A stretch of DNA of 64,000 bases from Prorocentrum cordatum (lineage: Eukaryota), in assembly GCA_963575745.1 (NCBI GenBank), contig CAUYUJ010000002.1, forward strand, positions 2,108,001 through 2,172,000. The letters run 5' to 3'. Under the pieces are notes generated by a model, which saw only the letters and a program-made list of their open reading frames with translations, did no database searches and had not been told where the DNA came from. Both the position numbers and the translations under genes were made by a program. Positions within the stretch are counted from its first letter, which is position 1. Every line of letters begins with the position of its first letter. Positions 1 to 14,700 of the stretch are shown piece after piece.

Positions 1-230
1 TCATGAACCACAAGGTCTTCATCACGACGCTCATCGCGAAGAGGAAGGAGGCGAAGGGAGCGAAGGTCATGAACCAGCAGAAGGCGGTTGACTTTGTGAA
101 GGCGCTGGAGCAGAAGAAGCAGGAGGCCGTCGTCACCGTGAGCTCAGAGATGGTGATGGCCGCGCGCCGCAAGCGCGTCAAGGGCGCGGCGGGGGGCCTT
201 TCTGCCCCGTCGACGTTGGGCCCCTCGTGA
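1..230 (+). CDS. Last exon (partial) of accessory gene A, copy 1
   Basis: Same sequence as 24549-24778; reads MNHKVFITTLIAKRKE...STLGPS*. Confidence 0.75.
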   Translation, partial: MNHKVFITTLIAKRKEAKGAKVMNQQKAVDFVKALEQKKQEAVVTVSSEMVMAARRKRVKGAAGGLSAPSTLGPS

Positions 231-1395
231 GGCGTGGCTGCCCGTTCGGCATCGCATGTTTTGATGCGGATCGGGTCCTGGAGTGGGTTGGCCCTGTACA
301 TCGGTCGCCCCTCCGTGGCTCGGCGGTCGGCCCTGTAGTTTTCGATGCAGGCCGATCTCGTAGTTTCTCGTGGGGGCCTGGGCGTGGCAGCTCGGATCCG
401 TGCTCGGCCGTCGTAGCTTCTAGGGGGTGGCCCATGGCCTGCTCGCTTGCTTGTTGGGTAAGTGCGCGCACAGGCTCATGGGGCGGTCGAGCGTGATTGC
501 ATATCACCCCCCAATGATGTTCAGGACGAGGAGGTTGAGGCGGGTGGAGGGGGGGGGGAGCGCGAGGGGGACGCGGAGGATGATGGGGGGGGGCGAGGAG
601 GGGCATGGTGATGATGAGGAGGATGAGGAGCCTGATTGCACACCACCCCCATTGATAATGGGGGGATGATGGGGGTGATGAGGAGGCGGGCGGGGTTGAG
701 GGCGATAGGGGGAGGGGGGGGGAATGGGGTGAATCTGATGGGCTTATCTGCGTGCCCCCCCCCCATTGAGGATGCGGGGCGCGTGCGTGCGCGCGTGCGC
801 GCGGGGGAGGGGGGGGGGGAGGGGGTGGGATGAGGATGAGGAGGGGGGTGAGGAGGGCGAGGGGGGTGGCGATGCTGAGGGAGGGGGGGAGGGGCTGGTA
901 GGGACCAGGTTGCCCCCAGAGGATGGCGTGGAGGATGAGGGGGATGGCGACGGGGGTGAGAAGGCGGAAGACGCGGAGGATGAGGAGGGCGATGGGAGGG
1001 TGTGCCCGCCCACGAGGCACGCGCTGCGCACGCTGGCTTCAATTCGACCCCCAGGCAGCAGGCCATGGCTGACTGGCAACGGGGTGCCACGCATGGTCGA
1101 GCGTGGGCTGAATCGGAGCGTGCTCAGTCTCAACTTTCCGTGAGGAAAAGCACATAGGCAGGCGGAGTGGTCGGGTTCCCGCCGCAATGATCAGCGTGTC
1201 AGTGTGTCGCCGCTTCTCACTGTTGTCGTTGTGCGGCTCGTCGTTGGCCGATTGTCAGGGGCACGGGCCTCTGCGCCTGCGGGTGGTGGCGGTGGTTTCC
1301 TGACGTCGGCTGCGGCGCCGCAAGTGGGCCCTCCCCCCGAGCCCGATCGAGCTCGCTGCACCCCGTGGTTGGCGCCCTCTGGCACGCATCGGCGG

Positions 1396-4300
1396 ATGGA
1401 AAGGGCCCTCAGCAGGCCCGCGGTAGCATTGGACAGCGTGCCAGGTTCTGCACATTTCGGTTACCCCTCCCCCCCGTGCCTCCTTTCGCCCCCATGACCG
1501 CCGCTGTCGCTCAAGCCCATTTTGGGCGCTCCCCCCTTCAGGGGCGGGGGGCTCGGGGCGGTCGCCCCTAGCGGCCATGCAGCTCCAGTGCTCGATCAGG
1601 GCGTTCAGCCTGTACGACGACGAGCCAGCGCTGGGCACCGTGCGGCAGGTCATCGCCTCGACCGTCACGCAGGAGGTCAGCGTCCTGCCCTCGAACAAGG
1701 ACCGCCACCTTCTAGTTCAGGGTTGCTTTTGCGTCTGCTGTGTCTCATTCTCCAGCCGCGCCGATGCCCCAGAGATGTCGCGCGGGTAGCACGTCGCATC
1801 CTCGGGCGCCCCCCGGGGGGTGAGGGGGTGGGAGGATGAGAAGGGCAACGAATAGGGTGGGCTGGGGGGGGGGCGGGGGGGGAGGGTTCGGGTGGCATTT
1901 CGTTGGGCGCAGGGGGGGTACCGTGACCACGACAGTAAGTAGACCCGCAGGTCGATACACGACGAGCAGGACGACCAGGTCGACGAGGCGGGCGATGCAT
2001 GACGCAAGTGTGAACGAACGCAGGGGGTTGGGAGCAGGTGGGCCCATGAGGAGTTGCGGGGATTCGGGTCGAGGGAGGTGCGAGCTCGTCCTGGGAGGCC
2101 TTGCCTCTTCCCCCCTTCATGTGGGCTGCCCTGGTCGAGCGGTCGGCGCCGCGTCGGAACGTGTGCTTGACTGGTTGCGAAACGTGTGTGTGTGTGTGTG
2201 TGCCATCTTGGGGCGCTCCTGAGGGGCATTCCACGGGCGCTGGATGGCATTTTGGGGGTACCTGATGGTCTTCTCGGCAGCCTCGGATGTCCCAGTGAGG
2301 TCAGATCGGAGCAAGTGCACCGAGAATTGGTCTCGGGGGGCCATGGGGGTCGCCTTTGTTGGGCTCAGCGTTGCGCCCTGGGGCGCCCGAGTTGCGCGAG
2401 TGCCCCCCCCCCCTCTTGGGCGCCTTCGGCATGCTGGTAGGTGGCCGCGGGCTCCAGTCGGAGCGATGTGGTGCAGCATCTAGTGGCCTGGGGGTGTAGT
2501 TGGTTATGTCGGTTGCAATGTACAGGTTTGTTGGCGTAGGGTCGAGGCCGTCCTGTGCCATGCTGGAGGCTCGCGCCTCGGCATTGCACCCCTGTCCCGA
2601 CCTTGGTAGGGCGGCGCCGAGGAGTAGACAACCCCACCCCCGAAGGTGCAACATGATGGGTTGGGCGGTTGAGCTTTTTAGACCTTGTCCACACATGCGG
2701 CTGGCGGGGCTGCATGCGCTGCCAGGTTGTTGTCCCGCCTGCGCATTGTGCCCATCCTAGTGCGACCAGCCCCCGCCAGGAGTGGGTGCTGTGGATGGAC
2801 CCCGACGACGAGGCCGAGGAGGCGATGCTCGTCCCGAAGGGCGTGGACCTGGACGACCCAGCTTGCGAGATCGAGACCCACTTCGCGCAGAACTTCTTGT
2901 CGTTCCGCCACTACGGCAGCGGCGACGAGTTCAAGGACGTGCTCCAGGCCAGCGACGGCACTCGCATCCCTCGGAAGGACATCAAGCAGGCGCACACCAT
3001 GGCCACGTTCACCTTGATCGAGGAGGCCCCTGGGCGGGAGGCTCTGCAGGCGAATGGTGCAGTATTCGAGCACGATTGGGCTGGCCACGTGTTCATTGAT
3101 TTCGTTCATTTAGTTGACGGGATGCACCTCCCGCTCCCGTACAAAAGAGCATCGGATTGGTTCAACAAAAAAGTTGATCGCTGGAGGGAGTGGGGGGCCA
3201 AGGCTGGTCTAACGCGAAGCTGTTGCAGGAGCAGCCAGCCTTACGGCGGTCAGGAGCTGCGCGATCATCCCGAGCGGATATTGCTCTTCCCCAGCGTGTC
3301 CGTGAAGCTGCTCGTCGTCATGTCGCATCGGGCGTGCTTCTCGAGCGCCGAGAGGCACGGCCAGCTTCGCGACCATGCCACGCGCCAGGCTTTCGGCAAC
3401 TTGTACAACAGCCTCCTGGGCATGCTCCCGATGAACTTCACGATCAACGTGCGCGTCGACCGCTTCGTTCAGAAGGCCGCCCCGATGGGTCGCGGCTGGG
3501 GCAGAGCGAGGGGGCCGAGGGGAGGAGGAGGACGCGGCGGCTGGACTTGAGGATCCTGATGCGGCGGTAGGCCGTGGAGGTGGGGGGGAGAGGGGAGGGG
3601 GGAAGGAGGCGGGGGGCGTGGGGGGGGAGGTGCGAATTGAGGCACGCGCGCGGAGGAACGTTTTTTTTGGGGGGGGCGCGGCGGCGAGGAGGAGGAGGAG
3701 GAGGACGTGGTGGAGATTTGGTTTATGAGATGACGGGAAGGAGGTGGAGGACGGGGGCGGATGATCTCAGCATCGGCGACGGCGGGGGGAGTGGTGGTTG
3801 GGCGGGGTCTGGGCGTTGGGCTGGGGTGGCTGGGTCGGGTTACGGCGGGGCGTCGAGGTGGGCTCATCGAACATAATGTGTGTGTTCACCTTTCGGTTGT
3901 TTGAAAATGTTTGGGGTTGATGTTGCGCGTCGTGCGCTGCTCGTCGCACTCGCTGCGCCGCTCTATTGCTGTGTTTTGTTGCGTTGGTTTGTTGGCAGAT
4001 GTACTTCAAGTCTGAAGTGTTGCAACTGCGTTTTAATAATTGTTGGTGGTTGATTTTTCGTGCGCATGTGCTGTTCAAGTTATTTTAACTCGTCATGGGT
4101 TTGGCCAGCGTCGTGGTCATCCAGCTTCCCAAATATTCCCCATCGCCTTTAATCGCTAGTCGTTTTGTCGTTCCTTATTGCCGCGCGTGGCGCGCGCCCC
4201 CTTTCCGCGCGTAGCGCGTTCCACGCCGTCTCGCCATTTCCTGTTTCAGGAATGGCTTCACGGTGGTGTTCCAGTCGGCTTTAGGACCTCATAGGTTTTG

Positions 4301-5671
4301 GCGTTCAGGTTTATTGTTTCCGCTGTTGGGCCGACGCGCGGGAGCTCGCATAAAATTCGCTCGCGTTGTTGTCAACTGGCCCGCGCGGCCTTTTGACGGC
4401 GCGGCGTGCACGTCGCATCTTCACGTCTATCTGGTCGTTTCGTTGTTCATGATTCGCCGCGCTGGCTAAAGCCTTGCCCATGTCATGCACCACGCGCGGC
4501 GCGCAATCCCCGATGCGCCCATGCTCGCATTGCTTCTCAAGCAGGTTGCCGCCCGTGTGCAGGGCCGCCCCCGCGTGCGGAGCCGCGTCTTGTTGTGCCG
4601 CGTGCTGTTCCTACGTTGAAGGGAAGGTGCCGCGCGCGTGCCGTGCCGCGCTGCGCCCGCGCGCCGCGCCGTGCCGCGCCGTGCCGTGTCGCGCTCGCTT
4701 CCTGGGCTGCGCAACCTGCGCCGCCCGCGAGCGGGGGCGCGCCGTGCCCGCGCTGGCCGTGCCGCGCCGCGCCGTTCCGTGCCGCTCGGGCGCCCGCGGC
4801 GCCTGCGCGAGCGGCTTGCCGTGCCCGCGTGCCGCGCAGCATTGCGATTGGCCGCCGTATATCGCCGACCAATGGATCACGCAGTTCGAATCCGATCCGC
4901 GAACTTCTTCCGCCGCCCCCTACAGGTTCACTCACAGCGCGCTTTTGCATCCAGCGTTGCCGTTTCGGGTGCTCTAACGCGCGCCGCCATGCTTCCAATC
5001 GGGCGCGCTTGTGCTCGACCGATAAACGCGGGCGCGCGTGCGCCCGCGGGCAACGCGAATGAGTCGCCTCGGGTTGGGGCCCGAGCCTTCCGCCACCCTT
5101 CCCCCGCCACCTTTCGCCTCCGCCGTAATTGGCGCCTGCCCATGGCGCGCGCGCGCAGGGCGGTCGGCGCGGCCGACGAGGACATGCCCCCGCGGTTGTC
5201 TGCGCTACACAGGGGCCTCGCGACGAGCGCGCATCTGTGGGCCAACCTATGTTTCGTAGATCGAAGCTTCCATTGCGTTAGTCGGGGCGTCTGCCGCGTG
5301 GCATTCGGCGCGGGCCCCCCCGCGATATGGGCGGGGTCAGCGAGCAAGCCATCCGCGCGGCGAAGGGTCATGGTCGAGTTCGAATGCCCCCGCGGCAGGG
5401 AAACAGCATTGCGCGCGCCTGCTTGCATCGGCGCGGGCCCCATGCGATGCCGCCGCCGTTCGGTGGGCGGGGGGCTTCCAGGCGACGCCTTTTTACGGAT
5501 TCCGCGACAATGCCGTCTACTACCCTGTATTGGGCGGCAGACGCGGGCAGAGTAGTCAGCGACGCTGCGGCGCGCTTGGCTGACGCGGCGCAGTGGCCCG
5601 ACGTCGGCATCCACGCGCCCTCGCCGAGGAATTCAGTAACGGCAGCGTTTCCTTCCCGATCGCGCGGGCCA

Positions 5672-5738
<67 letters not shown>

Positions 5739-8700
5739 CGCTACCGTTTCTCACCATTGGGTTCAACTTCCACTGCTGCCGACAAAGCATTCGCGAAGCA
5801 CCGCGGCTGCGGCGGCATGCGCCCAGCACGCGCGATGCCGTCTCGCGCGGCGCTGCTCCATGGGGGCCCCGCCGCGAGCTGTTCGCGGGGACCTACTGCA
5901 GTTTCTGGGGGCGCAGCGGCGCGGTCGACCTCGTGGGCATCCTTCACCAAGACGTTTCGCCGCGTGGGATTTCGGACTGCTCGTCGGGCGGGCATTTGGC
6001 GTCGCCGCGCGCGACGGGGGAACGGGGGCTTGCGCCTGATCCGAAAGGCCATCCACGAGCGCACGCGCACGCTGGGGTTTAGGCTTGCCCTGGGACGGGC
6101 GCGCGCGCCCTGCCGAGGTGCTTCGCCCAGTCGGGGCCAGGAATTGCATGCAGGTTGCAATTGCCTTTTTCGGTGCCGAGGGCGGTGCTTGCGTGCCGAA
6201 TCGGCGCCCGCTCGGGGGGCCGCACCGCGGGACGGGCGAGGTCTGCGCGGCCCCCTCCCCCCCCCCGACAAGCTGCGCGGCAGGTGGCGCCATGTCGCGT
6301 CCAGGGCTTGGAGGCGCCCGAAGGTGGCCCCGCGACCTTCGCGCGGGCGCGAGGTCAGGTTTGCCTTGGGCGGCCGCGGGCGCAGAGCGCCCAGCGGGCG
6401 CGCGCGTGGCTGGCGGCGATATTCGGCGGCAGCGGGGCCAGCGCGCGGCGCCGCATGGCGTTTCTAGGTTGCAGACAATGTAATTCCCCGTGCCCCCCCC
6501 CCATCGCACCCTTCCTCTCCCCCCCATGCCCTTCCTTCCCCAGCCCCCCATTTCCCCCCCCCCCCCCCCCCCCCCCCCTCTCCCGATCTCCTCCGCTCCC
6601 CCATCCCTCGCCCCCCCCCACCCCCGATGCTCTGGTTGCCGCGCGGGTGTTTGAGACGGGGGTGGCGAGCCGCAGCCACGCAAGCGCGGGTGGCCATTGT
6701 TGGGCTGCTGTCGCAGGCGGGCCAGGGCGCCCCCTACGACGGCCGCGCTCATGCACGACGTGATGATGGGCCGTCAGAAACCATGTGTCCCGTCGGCGGA
6801 ACCTGGCCGACGTTCAGGCCGCGGCCCGCTGATGCTTGCCGCGGCAGTGGCTACGCGGAGACGCATGCCACTTTGCGATAGCGGGAGTTGGGCGGCGTGA
6901 GGGGTCTGACCAGGCCGCGCGCTGGCAAGTCGGAGAAACGCGGTGCGGGCTGCGTTGCGCCGAGCAGAGCGTCAATGTTGGGCGCGGCCGTTCGTATCCC
7001 AGTGGGCCGTCACCCACCGCGGGCTCATCAATCGCTGCGGGGTTCGGCCAGAGCGCGGCATGAGCACCCCCGAGGACATTTGCGCGCCCATGGTGGTTTC
7101 GCTGGAAGAGCGGGGGGGGAGGGGGGGGGGGGCGGTCACCCGCGATGTCATGCGGGTACAAGTCGCGCCGTCGCAGCCGCCAGCTACAAGGCGGGCTGGC
7201 GGTCGCGCAGACTGCGGTGTGCGAGCCCACCAAGGTCTACGTTCGGGACGCCCGAGGGGCTCCGCTGTCTTACTTCAGGCGCATCGGTGATTGGGTGGGG
7301 CACCCTCGCCGCGGCACCGCTCATCGCGAAGCAGAACGCCTCCAGCTTGTTCTGGAGAGCGATTTGGCGGGGCACCTTCGCAGTGCGGCCAGTGCATGGA
7401 ACGCCGCTGCTACCCCGCCAGGCACGTCTGCCGCGCGGGGTCCAGGGCGGCGGCGCTGGCAATCGGGGATATGCGCATTGTCGGTGGTTTCCAGAGCGGC
7501 CATGGTGCCGCGCGCGCTGTCTCTGCTTAGATTTCGCGGCGCGCGTCGGGCTCGGCGACGCGCGCCCGAAGACTCTGGCGCAGGCCGAGCCGACAGAGGG
7601 CGTTCGAGCGCGTCTGCGCGCGGGGCCTTCGGTGCGAGGTCGGGCTCTGCGCTCGTCGGTGTCCAGGTTAGGTATCTCGCTGTTGCGGCCACTCCTCATC
7701 TCCTTTCCAAGTTCCCCCTCCCCCCATCCCCCCATCCCCCCCCCCCCCCTCCGCTGGTCGCAGAACCGCGCCTGCTTGCGCGAAGGGCGGCTGTGCCTTG
7801 GGGCGCGATTTTGGCCCGCGGGTCACGGCAAGTTTTAGCATCACTTTGGGTGCGCGGCCAGTTCGCCAGCGCGCGCCCGTTCGCGCGTGGGGCCTCCGCA
7901 ATATTCTTGGGCGGCGCGCGGGGGGCGTGGCGCTGGGGTGCACCTGGAACGTGCGAGGGGCCACCTCGGGTACCTTCGGGCGGCCGCGTGTGTTTCCCTC
8001 GGGGCGCCCGTGCAGCTCGCGTAGGTTTGGTTGGGTTTGCATTAATTCGCGGCTCGTTTGGGGCGCGGGGGGGGGGGGGGGGTCTCTTGGGCCGCGCGCC
8101 GACTTCTCCGCGCGGGGCCCCGCTGCCTCTCCTCGGGGGGCTGGGGCACTGGCGCGGGGCCGCGGCGGTTCTCGACGGGCTGTTCAGCGGTGCATTTCTG
8201 CGCCTTTCACAGCGAACGGCGGCTCAAACGACAACGTTATCAACGAGACGGGCGCGTTCATATTTGTTTCGCGTCATGGGTGCCCTCCTGTGTTCTCCGC
8301 GGCGCGCCATGGGGCCACGGGGGTTGCTCGGGCCCGCGGGCGCGCCGCCGCCCCAATTTGTCGGGGGAGGGGGCCGTGGGGCGTCGGGGGGGGGGGGGGG
8401 GGGGGTCGTGTTCCCCCCCCCCGCTGCGCTTTCGCGGTCTCAGCCATGCGTTTCAAAGGTGTCGCGCAGGTGGTTGGTCCCAATCGCGGTGGCATTCGTT
8501 GGGTTATTCAGTCAACTTTCAAGTGGTCGTCGGGCCCCAGCGTCCTTTGATTATCGCGCGCACCTGCGCGGGCATTGGTGTACGTTTCGGGTTCTATCGC
8601 GCATTTGCGGGGGGGGAGCAGGTGTCTTTCGGCTGCATGCGCGCGCGTCGCGCAAAAATCGCCGCGACGCGAAGTCGGGAGGAGGGGTGGGCATGGCATC

Positions 8701-11700
8701 GCAGCGCCGCGTTCGGCGTGATCGCTGTGGGGCCACTGGCGACCAGCTCGCATCGGCACCACTGGACGCCGAGCGCACCCCCCCTCCCATCGCGGCATCC
8801 GCGGGGCACGCGCCTTGGGCGCCATCGGTTTATTTGGGGTGGGCCGCGGTGGGGCCTGACATGTGGTCGGGGCCGTTGGGGCCACGTAGGGGGCACCCCT
8901 GGCATCGCCCAGGGCTTTCGAGCCGCCTGGCAATGTCCCGACGCAGAGTGTCGTGCTCCAGGGGGGTCGACACCCCCTCGGGGCTCCGCTGCGGCGTTTG
9001 CGCGGCCCCGCAGGCGAGACCCCGCCCCCCCCAGGGGGCCGCGTCGGGCGAGCCGCGTGGCATTGCACTTGGGAGGGGCTTTTCCCCTATGCCCCCCCGC
9101 CCCCCCCCCCCCCCCCCCCCCCCCACGCGCACACACGCGCGCGCGCACGCACACGCGCGCGCGGCGCATCGCTGCAGGGCAGCTGTCGGGGGGGGGGGGG
9201 GGCGCGGGTGCCAGGGTTGCTTTCGCGATACCATCGGGCCCAGCATGCACTTTTATGTTTTCCATTATGGTCGGTCACAGAGTTGCCAGATCTCTTCAAA
9301 AGCCGATCTGAGGGTTTTAACATTGCGTTCATTGCTTGTGTTTCCTGTAATGTAGAAATCATAAGTGGTTTCACCATTTATGTTTTGACATTACAAATGT
9401 TATATTTAGATATAGTCGTGCTTCCAGTAGCTATGGTATAGTTATCAGCAATCGCATAATTATTGTTTGCACGCGTGCATTATTTTTCTGGCAGTTGGAC
9501 AATGTCTGAATACAAACAATTTGCAAATTGGCCAGTCTTGCCGTTCTACGCATTGTATGCGTCTGTTCCGTTATAATTAGTTTTGCCATGCGCTTGGTAT
9601 CGGCTCGGTTGTTTCGTCCGTCGGCACGCGTGCGCGTTGTTCTCCGCGTTCGGGGGATCGAGAGGGGTGGGGGGGTGGGGGCGGGGGGAAGGGCTGTGGC
9701 GGGCGGCGCATGGGCGGGGGGGTGGTCGGGCACGGATGGGGGGGGGAACGGAAGGGGGAGCATGCGGGGGGCGGGGGAGGGGTGGGGGAGGAGGTGGAGG
9801 ACGTGAGGGCCAGGAGGGATATTTGGAAGGGAGGAGCACGGGGGGGGATGGTGGGGGGGGGCATGGGGGGGGGCCCAGCGCGCAGGCCAACCACATCTGG
9901 ACTGGCAAGTGCCCTGCCTCGATCGTCGTGACGAACGGCGTGGTGAGCCTCGAGGACATCAGGGAGCTGCATAACAATGACATGATCCCGACCGACTTCA
10001 CGCCGAGATATCGGGAGCAGATGGTCGCCCTCCTTGGGCTGGACTCCAGCAGGTTCTGCGAGTTCATGACGGACCTCTTCAACTTGTCCTACAAGGAGCA
10101 CAACGAGCTGAACACTGCCATTGCCAAGCAGGCGCGCTTTTTTTTTCTTGTTGTTTCTTTTGCTTTGCGGCCGCGGCGTCGGCGACGACGGCTGCGGAAA
10201 CGACAATGTGTCCAATGGCGACGGCGACGCCTCTGACGACGGCGGGGAGGGCGAGCGCGAGGGGGAGAGCGCCGATCGATGATGACAACGACGACGGCGG
10301 CGGCAGGTCGGCGACGAAGATGACGACGACGATGGCGAACGCGACCGCTGCCCACGACGGCAGCGACGGCCAAGACATTGACGATATCAGACGACGGCGA
10401 CGACCGACAAAACACACCGATGACGCATGCGACGACGACGACGACCGACGAAGACGGACAGGCGACGGACCGCAAACGACGATTGGCGACCGAGTGACTA
10501 CGACCGATGGCGACCGATGGCGACGGCGACATTCGACGACCGACTAGCGACGATCGGTCAAAGAGGGTTGGTGGATGACGGTTGGCGAATGACGACCGCG
10601 GCGGCGATTGACGGCCGCGTCGGCGTCGACGTCTTGGTGGTCGCCGTCGTCGTCGTCACCCCCGTCATCGTAGTGGTCCCCGTCGCCGTGTTCGTCGTTG
10701 TCAGCGTGGATGGCGTCGTGTTTTTTGGTCCTGGCCATTTCGTCGGCTTCGTAGTAATCGCTCGTCGTTAGTTGACTGACTGCCGTTCGTAGCCGTTTGC
10801 TGCCAGTCGGTAGCCGTCGTAGTCGTCGCAGTCGTCGTCGTCGTCGGCGGCGGCGGCGGCAGCGGCGGCCGTCGTATGTCGATCAGTTCTGATTGGCGGT
10901 CGCCATTCGTTCGCCTCTGGCCCGCCGTTCCGCGCGTCCTGCTCTTTGCCTCCATGTCCCCCGCCCATGTCGCATCCAGCCTCGCATCGCTAAGTGTTAA
11001 CAGCAGACGTTCTGTCGTTTCTCGGGTTGTCTCGCCGTGCGGCGCGGGGCCCCATGCATCTCTCAGCAGGTGCTCCACTGCGTCGGCGGCATCATTGAGG
11101 ACAAGCTCAGCGGGAGCAAGCCTCGTCGGGGCCCAGACGGCCTCCCGCTCGAGCGCCACGCAGCCGACGCGGGTGCCAGCTACAGCCAGTATTACCCCGC
11201 CTACCACCCCAAGTGTTGGCGCAAGACCGAGAGGGAGTTGTGCAGATACATCTCCGCGACGAAGTCGAAGTTTAAGGAGCATGTTTTGTGTGAGTTTTGC
11301 CTTGTGCCATTGCTTTCGCCGCCGCTTTGCCTCGCTCGCTTGACCCCCCTCCCCTCCCCATGCCAGTTGGCCGTCTCTCTTGCAGCACCCTCGCCTCTGG
11401 CCTACGCCCCCCTGCCCCTTCCCCCGTTGTTGGGCCGCCTCGTCGTCGGCCCCTCGGTGCTGGGCGGCGTGCTTGCACCGCCACTCTCCCCCAAGTCGGT
11501 TGCATGATGTGCGCGGTGGTCGTTGCTGCGGGTTCTGGTGTTCAGATTGGGCCGACCCCGCCCTTCCCCTCCCCAGCTTATGCGCGCGCCCCCTCCAGGG
11601 CAAGCGGGCGCTGAGCATGGCGGGCCCCGACGGCACGAAGATCGGCACGGACAACGCGGTCTCGTGCGCGGCCATCATGGATTGCGAGACGGGGCTCACT

Positions 11701-14700
11701 GCAGTTTGCCTTCCCCAGGCCCGTGCTTTGACGCCGCGTTGCGATGGCGACGTTGACCTTGCCGACGACGGCGACGGCGTCGTCGAGGGCCGCGTCCGAA
11801 ATTCAATCGTTGCCACGACGGCGACGACGGCGGCGACGACGACGCCGACGACGACGACGACGACAGCGACGACGACGACGACTGCGAATCCGTGGGCGAC
11901 GAGAGTGACGACGCCGACGGCGACGACGAGGGCCTTGGGTTCGTCGTCGTCGGGTCTCGCCCGTCCGTCTGCCGTCGGTGGCCGATCGTCGTTTGTGGTC
12001 GTCGTCCGTCGCCGTTGTCGTCGTCGTCGTCGACGTCGCCCGTCGTCCTCGTCGATCCTCAGTCGTTGATTGTTGTCCGTGGGTGTCCTTCGTGGGTGGG
12101 TCGTCTACTGTCGTCGTGGGCAGTCGTCGCGCTCGTCGTCGTTATCGGCGCTTTGGCGTCGTCGTCGTCGTCTGCATCGTCGTTGCCGTCCGTCCGTCGC
12201 CCTGATCGTCGTGGTCGTCGTCGGCGTCGGCGTCGGCGTCGTCGTCGTCGTCGAGGTGGTCGTCGTCGTCGTCGCGGTCGTCGCCGTCGTCGACGTCGGT
12301 GTCGTCGTCGACGCCGTCGCCGTCGTTGCCCTCGTCGTCGCCCTCGTTGTAACGGCTCGGGGCCGCCGTGTCTACGACCTTGATTTCGACGGGTCGAGGA
12401 TCTGAGGTTTGGGGGGTCATGACTAGGATTTGAGGGGGTCGCGGGGTCCGAGGCCCTTCAGCTCAGGCCCGCGCGCAGGCAGTGGAGGGTAGCGAACTCC
12501 ACGCAATGGAAGATGGCGGGCTCTAGGCTCTTGGGTTCCAGGGGCCCCGTGGGATCTACCATCGCGCGCTTCTGGAATCTACGAGCTGGGGCGTGGCCGA
12601 GGTCCACTGGGGCTGGGGCCTTGGGTTCGGGGCGTCGGGGCTTGGGGGGTCTCAGCTTCAGGATTTCAGGGCCCTCCTGGCTCCTGGGGCCCAGGATCTA
12701 GTAGGGGGCTACGCTGGGGCCGCTATGTGAGGAGTCACGCTGAGGCCGCCCAGGGATGCAGGGCCTGGCGCATTCGGGCGCCGAGGGCCCCCCCCCCCCG
12801 AGCCCATCCCCCCCGTTCGCCGCCGCTGCCGGGACTTGGGGGGGGGGTCCAAAATCGCACCCCTCACAGGGTTCGGGGGTGCACCTCGAGGGCGTTCGCG
12901 GCGACTGCCGGGACTTGGGGGGGGTGTGTGTTGGGGAACACGATCTGCGTGAGGGGTCGCAAACCCGACCCCCCTCCCCAAACACCCCCCCCATCTCGGA
13001 GAGGTTTTGGGTTAGCGCCTCGAGTGGTCTCCAGCGCTGCGGATTGCCGCGCCCCGCGGGCACCCCCCCCCTCTCCCGCAGGTGCCAGCGCAGCACATGG
13101 AGGAGGACTGCTTCTTGGACGAGGACGCCCTGAAGGTTCACCAGGAGGCCCACCGCGAGTACATCAAGACTGCCGAGGGGCTCGGGGAGGGCGCGGGGGC
13201 TTCCGAGGGCGAGGGCTTCGGCGGCCCTCCGACATTGTCAGAGCGTTCCCAGGGGGCCTCCGAGGGGCTGCCGAGGGGCCCCGCCGCGCGGCTTCCGACG
13301 GGGCCTCCGAGGGACCTCGACGGGTCTGCTCTGACATCCCAGTGCCTTCCGAAGTGGCCTCTGATGGGGCTTCCGAGCTGGGGTGATCTTGGAGGCCCCG
13401 AGAGCGCCTCCACGTGGGCCCCGAGCGCCGCGCGCCTCGACTCCGAGGACCGACCGTGGGAAGGGGCCTCCAGAGGGCTTCCGATGGGTTTCCGATGGGG
13501 CCCCCGAGGGGCCTCCGAGGGGCGTCCGAATGTTTTCCTAGGGGCCTCCGAGCCTCCAAGATGCTTTCGAGGCCTCTCCGAGCTTCCAAGCTTTAAAGAG
13601 TTTCCGAGGGGTTTCCGATGGGCCTCCTCCCTGCCCTCCCCTTCCAGCCCACTTCTTCGCGACTCGCCTCGCCCTCTCCCTGCGTCTCCTCTTTTGACGC
13701 CTCCGCTTTCTATATATCCCCTCCCTGCGTCCTCTTAGATCTCTGCCCCGCTTCCAGCTCGAATTTGCCCCCGCTCGTCTTCGCCAGAGCTCCGTCTCAC
13801 GCTCGATCTCGTCACGCTTGCGAGTCGCTTGCCTTCGTGCCCAGACGCGTCACCCTCAGGCACTTAGGGCCCCGATCCGTTGAGGTTCGTACTCGACCTT
13901 CTGGTGCCCACCTCGCATCATTCTCTGCCCTCCTAACCCTTGCAGGCCGCCCCCATACATGCTCGCCGCTCCTCCTCGGCGACGCCCACCGCTTTCCCTT
14001 TCGGGTCCACCCGTGTACCCTTGCTCGCCTCCGTCGCCCCGTGGTCAGCCCCGCCGCTTTTTGGCCCCCCCCCCCGCGCAGCGGGGCCCGCCCATCCCTT
14101 CGCCCAAGCCCGTTCGCGGTGGCTCGGCCCCGACCAGCATTTTCCCGCACCCCCTCCGCCCGCGCCCCGAGGACGGTCGTCAGCCGCAGGCTCGGCGCCA
14201 AGGTGGCCGCATCCGAGGGCCCCCCGCCCAGGAAGAGGCAGCGCACCAAGACTTACCAGGCCATCATGCACATCGACAATATGTTGCGCGGGTCGGCAGA
14301 TGCCAAGCTGGCGGACTTTCGGGTGCAGCGCCGCGAGGACGGCTCCTTCGTGGAGTCGCCCTTCGACTGGCCGAGGCTCAACATCGCCACGGACATGGGG
14401 CCCGACATGGTTGCGAGCGAGTTCTTCATATCATTCCAGCCCAACTTGGACTTGAACATCAGTTGGGACTTCGACGTGGCGCATTCCCTGAACAACGCCT
14501 GCAAGGGTATATTGAGGCCCCACGCTTGTCTTTACAGCGCGCCGAGCAGCCGTGTGAAGATGAGGAGTATGAGGAAGATGCCGAGTGCTCGGGAAGCGGC
14601 TGGATGATATACTGAGAAGAAGGGGCACGAGAGGGGGGAGGCAGGCGACACGTTGGGGGGGAGGGAGTGCACCCCATCAGCTAGCGTTGCATCCCCCCCC

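Noticed and set aside
2669..3550. Treating ORF-track entries (293, 175, 271, 289 aa and others) as separate prokaryote-style genes
   Set aside because: Each has a complex core bounded by AG|G and G[TCA] sites with low-complexity tails, and the cores join in phase into one protein.
7145..9355. 736-aa + strand ORF (and its twin at 31911-34118)
   Set aside because: Arg/Gly/Ala/Pro-rich translation with long ORFs in several overlapping frames. This is stop-codon depletion in GC-rich decayed intronic DNA, with no domain motifs.
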